From: Eledone cirrhosa | Lineage: Eukaryota | Assembly: GCA_964016885.1 (NCBI GenBank) | Contig: OZ024744.1 | Coordinates: 45,508,001 to 45,572,000 of the forward strand | Reading direction: 5' to 3' | DNA length: 64,000 bases | Shown: positions 51,708 through 62,656 of the stretch, in pieces | Position numbering within the stretch: position 1 is the first letter of the stretch | How the letters are laid out: every line of letters starts with the position of its first letter | Translations under genes and position numbers: made by a program | The notes under the pieces: model-generated | The model's database searches: none | Told to the model about the DNA's origin: nothing | The model's input: only the letters and a program-made list of their open reading frames with translations

Positions 51708-54700
51708 AGGGACACAGGGAGTTTGGTCCATATGTGTTTGCACCTCGTGTATATATGTATATATCAGAGATAATGAATCTAATAACTGATTCCCTGTATT
51801 TGTAATGTTTTTTGTATATATACATGTAGGTTTACTATGATTTTGTTTATATTTTCTAGGTGACCATATTACCGTGTACTCTCCCAGTGCTGCAATGAAG
51901 CCCGAAACTACTCAAAAGAGTAAGTTATAATTTAAACATCATGTAATAAGTTATTCAGTAACTTATTTAGGTTTTCAACAGTAAATTTATAACTACTTAA
52001 TTCAGTCAACAATATTACAATTCACAATTTCTTGTCACTCTTCATTATTCATACGCTGCATCCTCTTCTCCACTACATCTGCCAGTACCCTAAATATTTG
52101 GTTAAACCACTATATATATCTGATCTTCAGCACCAGTGGGAAACTAGAATATTTCTCTCATAATTCTAGACATCCTACATATGACTAGCCACACTTTACT
52201 CCTTTTGGAAGTTGTATATTTGTGGGGTAAGTAAGCATGTCATTGAGAGAACAAACCGTATAATTTGATCTAGTTGATTAAATAAATGACAACTCATTCT
52301 ACCCTTTCTTCAACTTGACAACAAACTCTTCTCAAGAAAGCCTTCTAGCTTTTATTATTCTTTTCTTCTGTATATTTTTTTCCAGGTGTGACTCCTGTAG
52401 AGATCTTTGTCTCTGAATCAGGCACACACAAAAGAGGTGGGTCAAAAGAAAGTAAGTTGTATTTCAAACCCATTCCTACCAGTTAGTACAGAAAACTATT
52501 ACACGCGTTTCAACATTAATATCCAATTGACGTTATATTGTATATTTGTATACATGGAAGTTTATGTAATGTGTATGGTGGACCTAATGAATAAAATAGT
52601 GTGTACATATATAAGTGAAGTGATGTTGGTATTATGTGTATGTTGATGTATACATATAGGTATATTGGGTTGTATATTAATTCATTGTGTACCTGTTTGG
52701 GTGTGTTTCACCGGTGATGCTTTTTTTAGTGTGTGTGAGCCCTGTTTGTGTTTGTGTGAGTGTGAGGTTCTGTGCGTGTGTATGTAAGAATAAATTTGCT
52801 TTATTAGGACTGATGCCATGATTATAGAAAATTTAGTAGTAAATGTATATTTACGGATCTAAGTAGTTGGCGTCCTGAATCCTTTCACTATATATAAATA
52901 TATAAATATAAATGGCAGTGGCAGTGGGAGTTTGGTCCTTATATGTTTGGACATGGTGTATATATGTATATATCAGAGATAATGAATCTAATAACTGTTT
53001 CCTGCATTTCTCATGTTATTTGTATATATACATGTAGGTTTACAATGATTTTATTTATATATTCTAGGTGACCATATTACAGTGTCCCCTCGCATTGCTT
53101 CAATCAAGCCAAAATCAACTAAAAAGGGTAATTTATAATTTGAACATCATCTAATAAGTTATTCAGTAATTTATCCTTTCTCTATATATATAAATATATG
53201 TAGAAGGCCTTTGATAGGGTACCCCGATCTGTCATCTGGTGGTCCCTAAGGAAGCTAGGTGTTGAGGAATGGCTTGTGAGGACAGTGCAAACTTTGTACA
53301 GAGGTACTCTCAGTAAAGTCAGGGTAGGAATGGAGTTTAGTGAGGAATTCCAGATACAAGTAGGAGTACATCAGGGTTCGGTCCTCAGCCCGCTCTTGTT
53401 CATTATAGTCCTCCAAGCCATAACAGAGGAGTTTAAGACTGGCTGTCCATGGGAACTTCTCTATGCTGACGATCTGGCTCTTATAGCAGAATCAGTAGAG
53501 GAGCTAGAGAATAAATTCCGGCTATGGAAACAGCAGTTGGAAGCAAGAGGACTGAGAGTAAATCTAGCTAAGACAAAAGTGTTGATGAGTAGAAAAGAGG
53601 ACAAAACCCTGATTTTGTCAGGGAAATGGCCATGTTCGATATGCAGAAAAGGAACTGGCATAAATTCTATAAAATGCACACAATGCAGGTCCTGGGTACA
53701 CAAGAGATGTAGCGGGATAGCAGGCAAACTAACAGGTAGGGAGAAATATGTATGCAGTAGATGTACAGGGAAATTAGACAGTAGAAGTCGCACTGATAGA
53801 CACATTTTTCAAATGCGAGAGGGCGCTATAGAAGCGGTGGATAGCTTCCGGTACCTAGGAGATCAGATTAGCATGGGAGGAGGGTGTTCCGAGGCCATAG
53901 TATCTAGAATAAGGACGGGTTGGAAGAAGTTTAGGGAGCTGCTTCCTCTGTTGACGAAGAAGGGTTTCTCCCTGCGTACGAAAGGCCGGTTGTATGATGC
54001 CTGTGTGAGGAGCGCGATGCTGCATGGTAGTCAGACATGGGCAGCAACCGCAGAGGATATGCGACGGCTGGAGAGAAATGAGGCAAGCATGCTCCGTTGG
54101 ATGTGCAGTGTAAATGTGCGTGAACGACCCAGCATAAATGTGTTGAGAGAGAAACTGTGTCTGAGAGGGATAGAATGTAGTGTACGGGAGAGGAGACTGA
54201 GGTGGTATGGACATGTGATGCGCATGGAGGATGACCGATGGGTGAAGAAGTGCCAGGAAATGCCAGTTGAAGGAAGACGTGGTAGAGGTAGACCACGAAA
54301 AACATGGGCGGAGGTGGTGAGAACAGACCTCAGATCATTGAAGCTCACGGCGGAGATGACGAGGCACCGTGACGAGTGGAGAGATGCTGTGCTGAATAAG
54401 ACCCGTCCCACCCTTGCAAGCAGGGAAAAGCGGACGTAAAATGATGATGATGATGAGGATGATGATATATATATATATATATATATATATGCCAGGGACA
54501 GAGGGCGTTTGGTCCAGTTGTGTTTGGACCTGAAGCATATATGTATATATCAGAGATAATGAATCTAATAACTGTTTCCTGCATTTATATTGTTATTTGA
54601 TATATACATGTAGGTTTACTATGATTTTCATCATCATCATCATCATCGTTTAACGTCCATTTTCCACGCTAGCATGGGTCTGGACAGGAATTGTCCCACT

Positions 54701-56065
54701 TGAGGCAAGATTGGTTGTCTTGCTCAGGACTGTCTGGCGGGTTTTCTACGGCTGGATGCCCTTCCTAACACCAACTACGTTAACAGTGTGGACTGGAAGG
54801 TTTTTACTGTGTTACCTACATGGCCACATTACAGCGTGCACTTTTTATGGTTTTTTCGTCGGGACACCTACACAACCTTATTTATTTAGGACTGGATGTT
54901 GTGGTACCAACATAGCTTTACATCGAAAGGGCTGGTGTAGATGGCAGTGGGGGTAAGGGTTAGTGGGACAGGGGTGTATTTTTGTTAACAGGTGCCTACT
55001 GACTGTAGGTTTCGCTTTGTACTTAGGCAAGGCGGGTCTTCTGTATTACTATATAGTGCCAAAGATCTCGGTCCAGTGACATTGTCTTGGAGAGGTGTAA
55101 GTGTCTGAGGTCGGATTTTATCAAGTCGTCCCAGGTTTTTCTGGGTCTGCCTACTCCGTCTATTTTGATCGCCCTGCACTATTTTATACTGTCATCTTTC
55201 ATGCGCACTACGTGACCATACAAACATAGTCTTCTTTCGAGTAAACAGCATCTGATCCCTCTTATTCCTAATTTCTCACTTAGTTCATTTATGCTTTGCC
55301 GTTTATATATTCTAGGTGACCATATTACAGTGTCCCCTCGCAGTGCTTCAATCAAGCCAAAATCAACTAAAAAGGGTAAGTTATAATTTGAACATCATCT
55401 AATAAGTTATTCAGTAATTTATCCTTTCACTATATATATATATATATATAAATGTAAGTATGTAAGTATGTATACGTACATACATATATGTATACAGACG
55501 TACAGTAGTATGTATATATATATACATACATGCACACATATATATATGCACGTATCGGTTTACCGAACATTTATTATAATGCTCGGATTGTTTGTTTGTA
55601 AACAAAGAAACAGCCCGAATTACGCTGTACAGTGTTTAGGCAACCACGTCACCTTTTTGTTCAACACTGACACAGGAACCATGTACTAGTTTCAAGCTTA
55701 TTAGCTATCATCAGCAACGTATACCTTCCTGCCAGATGGTTGAACGTCTGAAAGTATATACTTTCCTTATGCATATTAACGGCTGAGCAGCCTAATTTGC
55801 ATATCGAGTGAGTTCAGTCGGCTGGGCGCACCGAAAACGATAATTTGAATAGAATGAAATTTCTCACTCTTAGTACGGCACTTACTTAAATGTAAGTATG
55901 TATGTATGTATACGTACATACATATATGTATACAGACATACAGTAGTATGTATATATATACATACATGCACACATATATATATATGCACGTATCGGTTTA
56001 TCGGTTTACATTTAAGTAAGTGCAGTACTAAGAGTGAGAAATGAAATTTCGTTTCTTTCTATTCC

Positions 56066-56121
<56 letters not shown>

Positions 56122-56615
56122 GGCTGAGACAGCGGGAGTTAGGTCCATTTGTGTCTGGACCTTGTGTATCATCATCATCATCATCATCGTTTAACGTCTA
56201 TCTTCAACGCTAGCATGGGTTTAGACGGGAATTGTCCCACTTGAGACAAGATTGGTTGTCTTGCTCATATGGGACTATCTGGCAGGTTTTCTATGGCTGG
56301 ATGCCCTTCTTAACACCAACCACGTTTACAGTGTGGACTGGGAGGTTTTTAGAGTTTTGCCTAAACGGCCACATTACAGCGTGGCCTTTGTGTTTATTTG
56401 TCGTGACACCTACACGACCTTATATATTTAGAACTGGATGCTGTGGTATATATGTATATATCAGAGATAATGAATCTAATAACTGTTTCTTGTATTTGTA
56501 ATGTTATTTGTATATATACATGTAGGTTTACTATGATTTTATTTATATATTCTAGCTGACCATATTGCATTGTCTCCTCGCATTGCTTCAATGAAGCCTG
56601 AACCTACAAAAAAAA
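31602..56615 (+). CDS. Putative multi-exon coding segment of 16 co-oriented symmetric micro-exons encoding Ser/Thr/Pro/Lys-rich repeats; start and stop exons not seen
   Basis: Exons start at 31602, 32375, 33071, 35836, 36140, 40384, 43313, 43619, 46468, 47126, 47436, 51860, 52386, 53068, 55316 and 56556; each is 60 or 66 nt, open in the phase-1 frame, with canonical splice sites; expression unproven. Confidence 0.45.
33153..33753 (-). mobile_element. RTE LINE internal fragment (a family other than A)
   Basis: KATGPSGIAAEML..CYKGKGDAL..QFGFVPGRGTTDA. Confidence 0.9.
34076..34574 (+). mobile_element. 5'-truncated copy of the Gypsy LTR
   Basis: Near-identical to 3656-4161; has a 28-bp AACAGTCCTTTTAAGGGCTATATGCGAC triplication. 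Confidence 0.88.
34617..34916 (-). mobile_element. tRNA-derived SINE with RTE tail (internal deletion)
   Basis: Same head and tail as the other copies. Confidence 0.85.
35160..35615 (-). mobile_element. Probable RTE-type LINE 5' UTR fragment
   Basis: Minus-strand motifs AAACTGGCAACCCCACC and AGCCTTTGTCAAGGCAGAATTCTAGAAGGAGGAAAAC resemble RTE 5' UTRs; abuts (TACA)n. Confidence 0.5.
35682..36274 (+). repeat. Micro-exon cassette, 2 tandem units (exons 35836-35895 and 36140-36199)
   Basis: [19 protein letters not shown] and [19 protein letters not shown]; period 304 bp. Confidence 0.88.
36274..37322. repeat. Inverted repeat with ~215-bp arms (internal 32-bp tandem repeats) enclosing a ~620-bp GC-richer segment
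   Basis: 36274-36489 is the reverse complement of 37108-37322. Confidence 0.93.
37596..37955 (+). CDS. 119-aa ORF with a BACK/BTB-C-terminal-like helical segment
   Basis: NLLTKQNVVKYLIISDKMPIESLKIGCMEFL resembles the start of BACK domains; acceptor TTTTTTAG at 37594; open and not low-complexity. Confidence 0.45.
   Translation: MDKNPCKEMTLTAVILSNLLTKQNVVKYLIISDKMPIESLKIGCMEFLIKCTYESEAITYINGYRELFTLEDHHFICDFISYLHDYLRHPMPLMRADPMCEHVTNLIEVVIDHLAFSDI
38101..38777 (-). pseudogene. SGNH/GDSL-type hydrolase-like gene with two short introns (38476-38532 and 38667-38721), frameshifted
   Basis: Blocks in order: VFT(D)SIIRNV, IFCIPG, VLVVHVGSNDL, IFYSGVIPRP; GT-AG introns of 57 and 55 bp; block V DxxH not seen. 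Confidence 0.65.
38948..39062. repeat. 34-bp minisatellite (GCACTATTCGCACCTATCGGTACAAAAATATAGC, ~3 copies)
   Basis: Direct inspection. Confidence 0.9.
39877..40221 (+). mobile_element. tRNA-derived SINE with RTE-derived body and tail
   Basis: GGAGGCACATGGCTTAGTG head, GAGTTCAATTC B box, tail CCCACCCTTGCAAGCAGGGAAAAAGCGGACGTAAAATGA. Confidence 0.88.
40229..40510 (+). repeat. Micro-exon cassette unit (exon 40384-40443)
   Basis: [19 protein letters not shown]. Confidence 0.87.
40539..43148 (+). mobile_element. RTE LINE family A, 5' three-quarters (APE frameshifted, RT open), 3'-truncated
   Basis: ORFs 40592, 40909 and 41577 carry APE and RT motifs; ends at FRYLGDKI then (TA)n. Confidence 0.95.
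43158..44017 (+). repeat. Micro-exon cassette cluster (exons 43313-43372 and 43619-43678, plus a partial unit)
   Basis: DHITQSPRIASMEPKSTKK and DHITVSPCIASIEKISTEK. Confidence 0.87.
44018..44781 (+). mobile_element. RTE LINE family A C-terminal and 3' UTR fragment
   Basis: GGGCSESTVARVRTGWKKF..RLRWYGHV; cut off by a Penelope fragment. Confidence 0.92.
44782..46295 (+). mobile_element. Penelope-like element, 5'-truncated (GIY-YIG, in-frame stop) with 3' hammerhead
   Basis: RNITWLNP..KHFPPNHRYYKLFN, CNCRYPNACPLNGH, IVYRCTV..SYIGSTS, CDLCVTE. Confidence 0.88.
46041..46165 (+). ncRNA. Hammerhead-like motif with a large stem II loop
   Basis: GTT-CCGATGA-GCCACTCTGT...ACGGAGTAGC-GAAA-CAATTG-T-A-AAC; core U4 is changed to C. 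Confidence 0.55.
46313..47565 (+). repeat. Micro-exon cassette cluster (exons 46468-46527, 47126-47185, 47436-47495)
   Basis: [57 protein letters not shown]. Confidence 0.88.
46605..46953 (+). mobile_element. tRNA-derived SINE with RTE tail
   Basis: A box TGGCTTAGTGG, B box, (GAT)n tail. Confidence 0.88.
47590..49336 (-). mobile_element. RTE LINE family A, 5'-truncated, with an open 448-aa RT/C-terminal frame
   Basis: ORF 47944-49290 is uninterrupted; (GAT)n tail; flanked by (TA)n on both sides. Confidence 0.96.
49487..49557 (-). ncRNA. Type I hammerhead ribozyme motif
   Basis: Inverted copy of 51564-51634 with intact core. Confidence 0.78.
51564..51634 (+). ncRNA. Type I hammerhead ribozyme motif with intact core
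   Basis: 8-bp stem I TATTTTAT/ATAAAATA, CTGACGA, long stem II, GAAA, palindromic stem III ATGCGCAT; predicted cleavage after AUA at 51626. Confidence 0.8.
51708..53200 (+). repeat. Long cassette: exon B 51860-51919, exon C 52386-52451, exon A 53068-53127
   Basis: [59 protein letters not shown]; intronic deletion relative to the 31560 copy. Confidence 0.87.
53201..54465 (+). mobile_element. RTE LINE family B, 5'-truncated, open frame running to the (GAT)n tail
   Basis: 387-aa ORF with GVHQGSVLSP, LYADDL, Cys/His finger and GRPRKTW; essentially no 3' UTR. Confidence 0.95.
54628..55302 (-). mobile_element. RTE family A-like 3' fragment
   Basis: (CAT)n tail, conserved 3' UTR, decayed C-terminal coding sequence; interrupts a cassette unit whose exon lies at 55316-55375. 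Confidence 0.88.
55448..56042. repeat. Direct repeat (~438-bp offset) plus a short inversion, with a hammerhead-like motif on - (55678-55720)
   Basis: 55448-55562 resembles 55887-56000; 55858-55895 is inverted at 56006-56042; minus strand CTGATGA-TAGCT/AGCTT-GAAA-CTAG-TA. Confidence 0.7.
56169..56445 (-). mobile_element. RTE 3' UTR fragment inside a cassette unit (exon 56556-56615 follows)
   Basis: (CAT)n tail and conserved UTR. Confidence 0.85.
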
Positions 56616-57206
56616 GTAAGTCATAACTTGAACATCATGTAATAAGTAATGGTGGTTGTTGTGAGTGTGCACACACACATACACCACACACACACACACT
56701 TATACACATATATATATATATATATATGTGTGTGTGTTGTGTATGTACATATTTATATGCATATGAAGAGAGAGAGAAAGTGAGAGAGAGAGAAAGAGAG
56801 AGAGGAGAGAGAAAGTGAGAGAGGAGAGAGAGAGAGGTGTTTATACATATAGAAACACTTTCTACCTGTCATATACACACATATGGGATATTGTAGGTAA
56901 AATGACAATTAGTATTTTTCTTTTAATATTATTGTGTGAGACTGTAGTACTCAACACACCATACCTGGAGAAAGAAGATTTTATTTCTTCTTCAAGATAG
57001 GAAGATTTACCTCCCTTTTCCCCTATTAGCCAAACATATACTTCAAGGTCATTCACAATCGCACTTACTGTAATTATGGGGCAGGAAGTAAGAGTCTACT
57101 CCCCTATTTTAGAGCTCGTGTCCTCATTGTGATAATATCCTAAAAGAAATTCCCTCACATGCCCCTGGTAACTTTTGAGCAGCATATTATTGTTTTATTT
57201 TATTTG

Positions 57207-57679
57207 TACTTACACCTCACCAAGACAATGTCACTGGACCGAGACCTTTGGCGGTACTCAGTAATAGAGAAGACCCGCCTTACCTAAATACATAGTAAAA
57301 CCTACTACAGCCAGTAGGCATCTCTAACAAAATACACCCACGTCCCACCACCCACACCCCATCCACACCACCCCCTCCTATGTAAAGTTATGTTGGTGCC
57401 ACAACATCCAGGCCGAAACAAATGAGATCGTGTAGGTGTCACGACAAAAAAACACACAGTCCACGCTATAATGTGGCCGTGTAGGCAACACGGTAAAAAC
57501 CTCCCAGTCCCACACTGTAAATGTGGTTGGTGTTAGGAAGGGCATCCAACTGTAGAAAACCTGCCAGACAGTCCTATGCGAGCAAGACAATCACTCTTGC
57601 CTCAAGTGGGAATACCCCCATCCAAACCCATGCAAGCGTGGAACACGGACGTTAAACGTTGATGATGATGATGATGATG

Positions 57680-57681
<2 letters not shown>
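57207..57681 (+). mobile_element. RTE family A 3' end
   Basis: Near-identical to 467-944. Confidence 0.92.
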
Positions 57682-57720
<39 letters not shown>

Positions 57721-57722
<2 letters not shown>

Positions 57723-59590
57723 ATGAAATTATTGTGTACAGTGATCAGGTGCACTACAACTCATCAAAAGTGCATTTATAGTACATAGAATAATATACAA
57801 ATGTCAGGGAAGTGAATAGTGTATGAGTCATGATATACATGTGTGCATGTGTATGGAGGGGTAATATTAGGTGTAGTGTTGGCGAATCTCAGGAAGCATG
57901 GACGTTTTAAAGGATGCAGTATCTCGAGAGCTAACAACTGGTGCAGGGAGTTTGTTCCATGCTTCAGCAACTCTGAGTGTGATAAAATGTTTGTGAAAGT
58001 CATGGGAGCTGTGCTGTTTTCTGACTTTGTGGGAATGCCCATGTGTGTTAGACACATGGAAATCAAAAAGGTACTCAGTGTTGTTGTTGGCAAGATGGTT
58101 AATAATTTTGTGGGTGTTTACCAAGTCATTTGCCAGACGTCGGAACTTCAATGTATCCATACCCAGGGAAGCAAGGCGACAGAGTATGGTAGATGCCCAA
58201 TGGAGGGTATTCGCTTGGTTGCACGTCTCTGAACAGTTTCCAGGCAGTCAATGTTCTGAGCAAGATAGGGGTTCCAGACTGGTGATGCAAATTGTAAGTG
58301 TGGCCGCACCATAGCTATGTACAGCTTTAAATAGATAGCTGGAGAGCGGCTGACAAAGGTCTTGCTGAGAGATGCTAAGACACCTTCGGCCTTCTTGACA
58401 ATTTTAGAGACGTGCTTCGTCCAACAGAAATTGCTGCTGACTGTAATGTCCAGGTCACGTTCACAAGAAGACTTGTTGATATTAGTGTTGTGGAGGGAGT
58501 ATGTGGATGCTGGGTTTTTACTCCCAAAATGCATGGTTGTGCACTTGTTAACAGCTAGCTTGAGTTGCCAGTCTGTCATCCATTGTTGCATTGTGTCCAG
58601 GTCAGATAGCAGGCAAGATCTATAGTGTTCAGGATCTGTCCTTTTTATCTCAAGGTACAGCTTGATGTCATCTACATATTTCAGTACTCTGGCATTCTTT
58701 AAGTTGGCATCTATGTCATTAATATATGCCACAAACAAAAGGGAGCCAAGAATAGATCCCTGTGGTACATCAGATGACATTTCATCAGATGACATTTCCT
58801 AGAACTGTGACTACTTCTCTTCGACTGAGAATGAAGGACTTCAACCAGTTAAGAAAGATCATCCTTCACACCCATTGCAGAGTGTTTTGTCATAAGTCTT
58901 TTGTGTGGCACAGAATTGTAAACTTTAGCAAAGTCAAGGTAAACAATATCCACCCATGAGTTGCCATCAGTGATCTGGGTGATGTCTTCAAGAAACTCGA
59001 TAAGTTGATCACAGCAGCTGGAGTTAGGGATAAATCCAAATTGTGAGGGCCAGATAAGACTGTGAGAGTACCAGAAGTTCCAAAGCATTTCTCTGACACA
59101 GGATTCCATCAATGCAACTAGTAAGACTGACTAGACGAGAGTTCACAGCTGATATGCATTCACCCTTTTGAACAGAGGAATGACACTGGCAGTTTTCCAC
59201 TGTTCTGGAGTAGCACCATTGTTTAGTAATGTAAATTCCATAGTTGTAATAGAATCCGATGTCAAAGGTGGTGGAGACAGTACACTCTGGTCTTCAATAG
59301 GGAAAATGCCTGCTTAGCATTCAGAAATGAGCTCTGCGCATTCCTTGGGGTCGTCAGTAACCTGGCCTGTGTGGGGATTGCAAAGAGGACCAACTGGAGA
59401 GTGAGGCCTCTGCTTTGAGTGAACATACTTCCAGAACACCTTACTGTCAGGGCTGGTTACTATATGCTGCTCAAATTGAAACACTGCCTTTTTGTCACCT
59501 GTTTGAGATGGTTGGATGATTTATTTCGCTTCTTCTTCTTGACATCTGATTTATGCAGTTTGTACTCACGTTCAGCATTACGACGTTCTT
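57721..59590 (-). mobile_element. CR1-clade LINE ORF2 (RT) and 3' end, decayed
   Basis: QFGFIP, DIVYLDFAK, VPQGSILGSLLF, KYVDDIKL, ERDLDITV, VWNPY motifs. Confidence 0.93.
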
Positions 59591-59594
59591 TTTG

Positions 59595-60438
59595 GTTTTA
59601 CGAGTCCCTAATGCACACTACTGCTCTAACAGACGACAATGACTTCCTAATCATCGCAGGAGATTTTAACGGACACGTAGGTAAACACTGCGACGGCTTC
59701 AATAGAGTACATGGAGGCCATGGGGTTGGCACAAGGAATGAGGAAGGATTCAGACTTCTAGAATTCTACGACGCCAATGACATGTCGATATGTAACACAA
59801 ACTTTAAAAAACCCGACAACCACCTGATCACCTATAGATCAGGGGAGCACTCTAGTCAGATAGATTTTATCCTTATCAGAGGACGTGACGGATGGACGGT
59901 CGTAAACACAAAAGCCTTCCCTAGTGAGGAATGTACATCCCAACATAGCTTAGTTGTCAGCGACCTCACGGTCAGAACTAGACGAACCTGGAAACAGAGG
60001 CCAACCTGGAGAAGAAAGATCTGGAAGCTGAAAGTCCCCTCAACCAATAACAGATTTAAAGATATTTTACTCAACGCCTACGACAGTAAAGAAGAACAGA
60101 TAGAGACATTTAATGTAGAAGAGAACTGGGAGTTCCTAAAAAATAATTTACTAGAGGCGACAGATGAGGTCTGTGGCTGGAGTAAAACCTCAAGCAGGAG
60201 GAGAGTGACTTGGTGGTTGAACAATAAGGTAGATGAAGCAGTTAAGACCAAGAGACAGGCATGGAAAGAATGGAAGAACGGGGGGAGCAGGGTACACTAC
60301 ATAGAGACCAAGAGGGAAGCTCGGCGACAAGTATACTTAGCTAGGAGGGAAGCAGAAGATAGAAAATTCAAGCATGTTTTGCAACGTGAGGACCAGAAAC
60401 AGGAGGTATTCAAGATTGCGAGGCAGTGTGTCAGAGAT
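59595..60438 (+). mobile_element. RTE LINE APE-to-linker fragment (non-A family)
   Basis: IAGDFNGHVG, ICNTNFKK, SQIDFIL, SQHSLVV. Confidence 0.92.
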
Positions 60439-60439
60439 A

Positions 60440-60745
60440 GTTGAAAGACCAGGGCGTGTTCGGAAGGCAATCCGACTTTCACGCCTAGCTTTATCAGAGG
60501 CCAAAAGATATGAACGTGCCTTAGTTGAGTTTGAAAAAGACAGTCTAATTAACCTGGGTTTCGTGCCTGGTTGGCCAAGGCTTAGAACACACTTCGGGGA
60601 GCACAGCCCAAGTCTTTGGATGAACTGGCAGCAAATGTCTGTAGATCAACTATGTCTTCTGGTACACCAATGGCAATCACTTCATGGTTTACAGATTCAG
60701 TGGCATTGTCAATGCGTCTAGATTCGGCAAGAGGTATGTGGAGAT
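60440..60745 (-). pseudogene. CR1/L2-type ORF1 (RRM-like) fragment
   Basis: Manual translation EVIAIGVPED...LGQPGTKPRLIRLSF with one frameshift; co-oriented with the CR1 ORF2 to its left. Confidence 0.55.
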
Positions 60746-60747
60746 TT

Positions 60748-62030
60748 GGTATGGTGGAACTAATGAATAAAACAGCGAGTACATATATAAGTGAAGTGAT
60801 GCTGGTGTTATGTGTATTTTGATGTATACATATAGGTATATTGGGTTATATATAAATACATTGTGTACCTGTTTGGATGTGTTTGTCCGGTGATGCTTTT
60901 TTGAGTGTGTGTGTTAGGTTCTGTGTGAGCCCTGTTTGTGTTTGTGTGAGTGTGAGGTTCTGTGTGTGCACTCTCTGTGCATGTGTATGTAAGTCTAATT
61001 TTCTTTATTAGGACTGTTGCCATGATTATACAAAATTTAGTAGTAAATGTATATTTACGGAACTAAGCAGTTGGTGTCCTGAATCCTTTCGTTATATATG
61101 TATATATATATAAATGGCAGGGACAGCGGGAGTTTGCTTCATTTGTGTTTGGACCTGGTGTATATATGTATATATCAGATATAATTGTTTCTACTTTAGG
61201 CACAAGGCCAGCAAATACCCAGTGCATTACTGGTACTTTATTTTATCGACCCCGTATATATCAGATATAATGAATCTAATAACTGTTTCCTGTATTTGTA
61301 ATGTTATTTGTATATATACATGTAGGTTTACTATGATTTTGTTTATATATTCTTGATTACCATATTACAGTGTCTCCTCGCAGTGCTCCTATCAAGCGTA
61401 AATCAACTGAAAAGGGTAAGTTATAATTTGAACATCATCTAATAAGTTATTCAGTAATTTATTTAGGTTTTCAACAGTAAATTTACACCTACTTAATTCA
61501 GTCAAGAATATCAAACTCTATATTACAAAGTCCCTAACATAATCCAGAATAAACATTTTATTGACTTCCTTAGAGACCTTGTAATGAGGACAAAAGTAAA
61601 GATAGACTTTTTTAGGGCATTATCAGAGATAGCTGAGAATGAGAAGGAATAACAATACTTGTGGCTCAAATGAGAAGATAAATGCTGCACTAGATTCATT
61701 GAGGTAGATGGAATTACCTCACAGATCATCTTTAACAAAACTTCATCCTACAGTTCTTCACCATTTCTTGTCTCCCTTCGTTCTTTATACACTGCATCCT
61801 CTTATCCACTACATCAGCCAGTACCCTAAATATTTGGTTAAACCACTATATATATATCTGTTCTTCAGGACCAGTAAGAAACTGTAGAATATTTGTTTCA
61901 TAATTTTAGACACCCCACATATGACTAGCCACACTTTATTCCTTTCGGAATTTTTAGATTTGTGGGATAAGTAAGCATGTCATTGACAGAACAAACCGTA
62001 TAAATGGATCTAGTTGATTAAATAAACAAC
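60748..62030 (+). repeat. Diverged long cassette (exon-like 61356-61415 with a TG acceptor) and nested Nin-like SINE piece (61180-61255, -)
   Basis: Paralogous to the 31560-33150 introns; YHITVSPRSAPIKRKSTEK. Confidence 0.8.
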
Positions 62031-62033
62031 ATA

Positions 62034-62557
62034 ATCATCATCATCATCACCGTTTTACATCCGTTCTTCCACGCTAGCATGGGTTAGATAGGTTGTCCTG
62101 TTGTAGGCAGTGTCCAGTTGGCTGACCCTGTCTTGCTCATACAGGAACTGATTCTGGCTTGATTTCTACAGCTGTATGCCCTTCCTAACACCAACCTCAT
62201 TTACAGTGAGTGCTGGGTGCTTTTTTTCCATGGTGCCTACACGTCCACTTTACAGTGTGGACTGGGTGCTTTTATTGCCGTGGCTCCTCCACGACCACTT
62301 TGCAGTGGAGCGTGGGGGCATATTGTCTATATGCTTCAGCTTCAACTTGTTCCTTGAGAAGTCTGGTCTTCTGTATTTCTGCATGATGCCAGAGGTCAAG
62401 GTCGTGAGTCATTGCCCTTGAGAGTTGCAATTAGGTAAGGTCGGCATTTATCACCTCATCCCAGGTCTTCTTGGGTCTCCCCAACACTTCTAGTGCTTTG
62501 CACCTTTTTATGCAGTTGTCATCCCTCATACGCATCATATTTCCATACCAACGTAAC
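62034..62557 (-). mobile_element. RTE LINE family C 3' end
   Basis: RLRWYGNMMRM..GRPKKTWDEV, then 3' UTR and (GAT)n tail. Confidence 0.85.
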
Positions 62558-62574
62558 CTATATATTAATATACA

Positions 62575-62608
<34 letters not shown>

Positions 62609-62656
62609 CAGTACAATTTAATATAAAATTATGATCAACACTAATGTGTTTTTTTT

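Noticed and set aside
4164-61460. Cassette repeats as a CRISPR-like array
   Set aside because: Units are ~290 bp, irregularly spaced, without unique spacers or cas genes, in a eukaryotic context.
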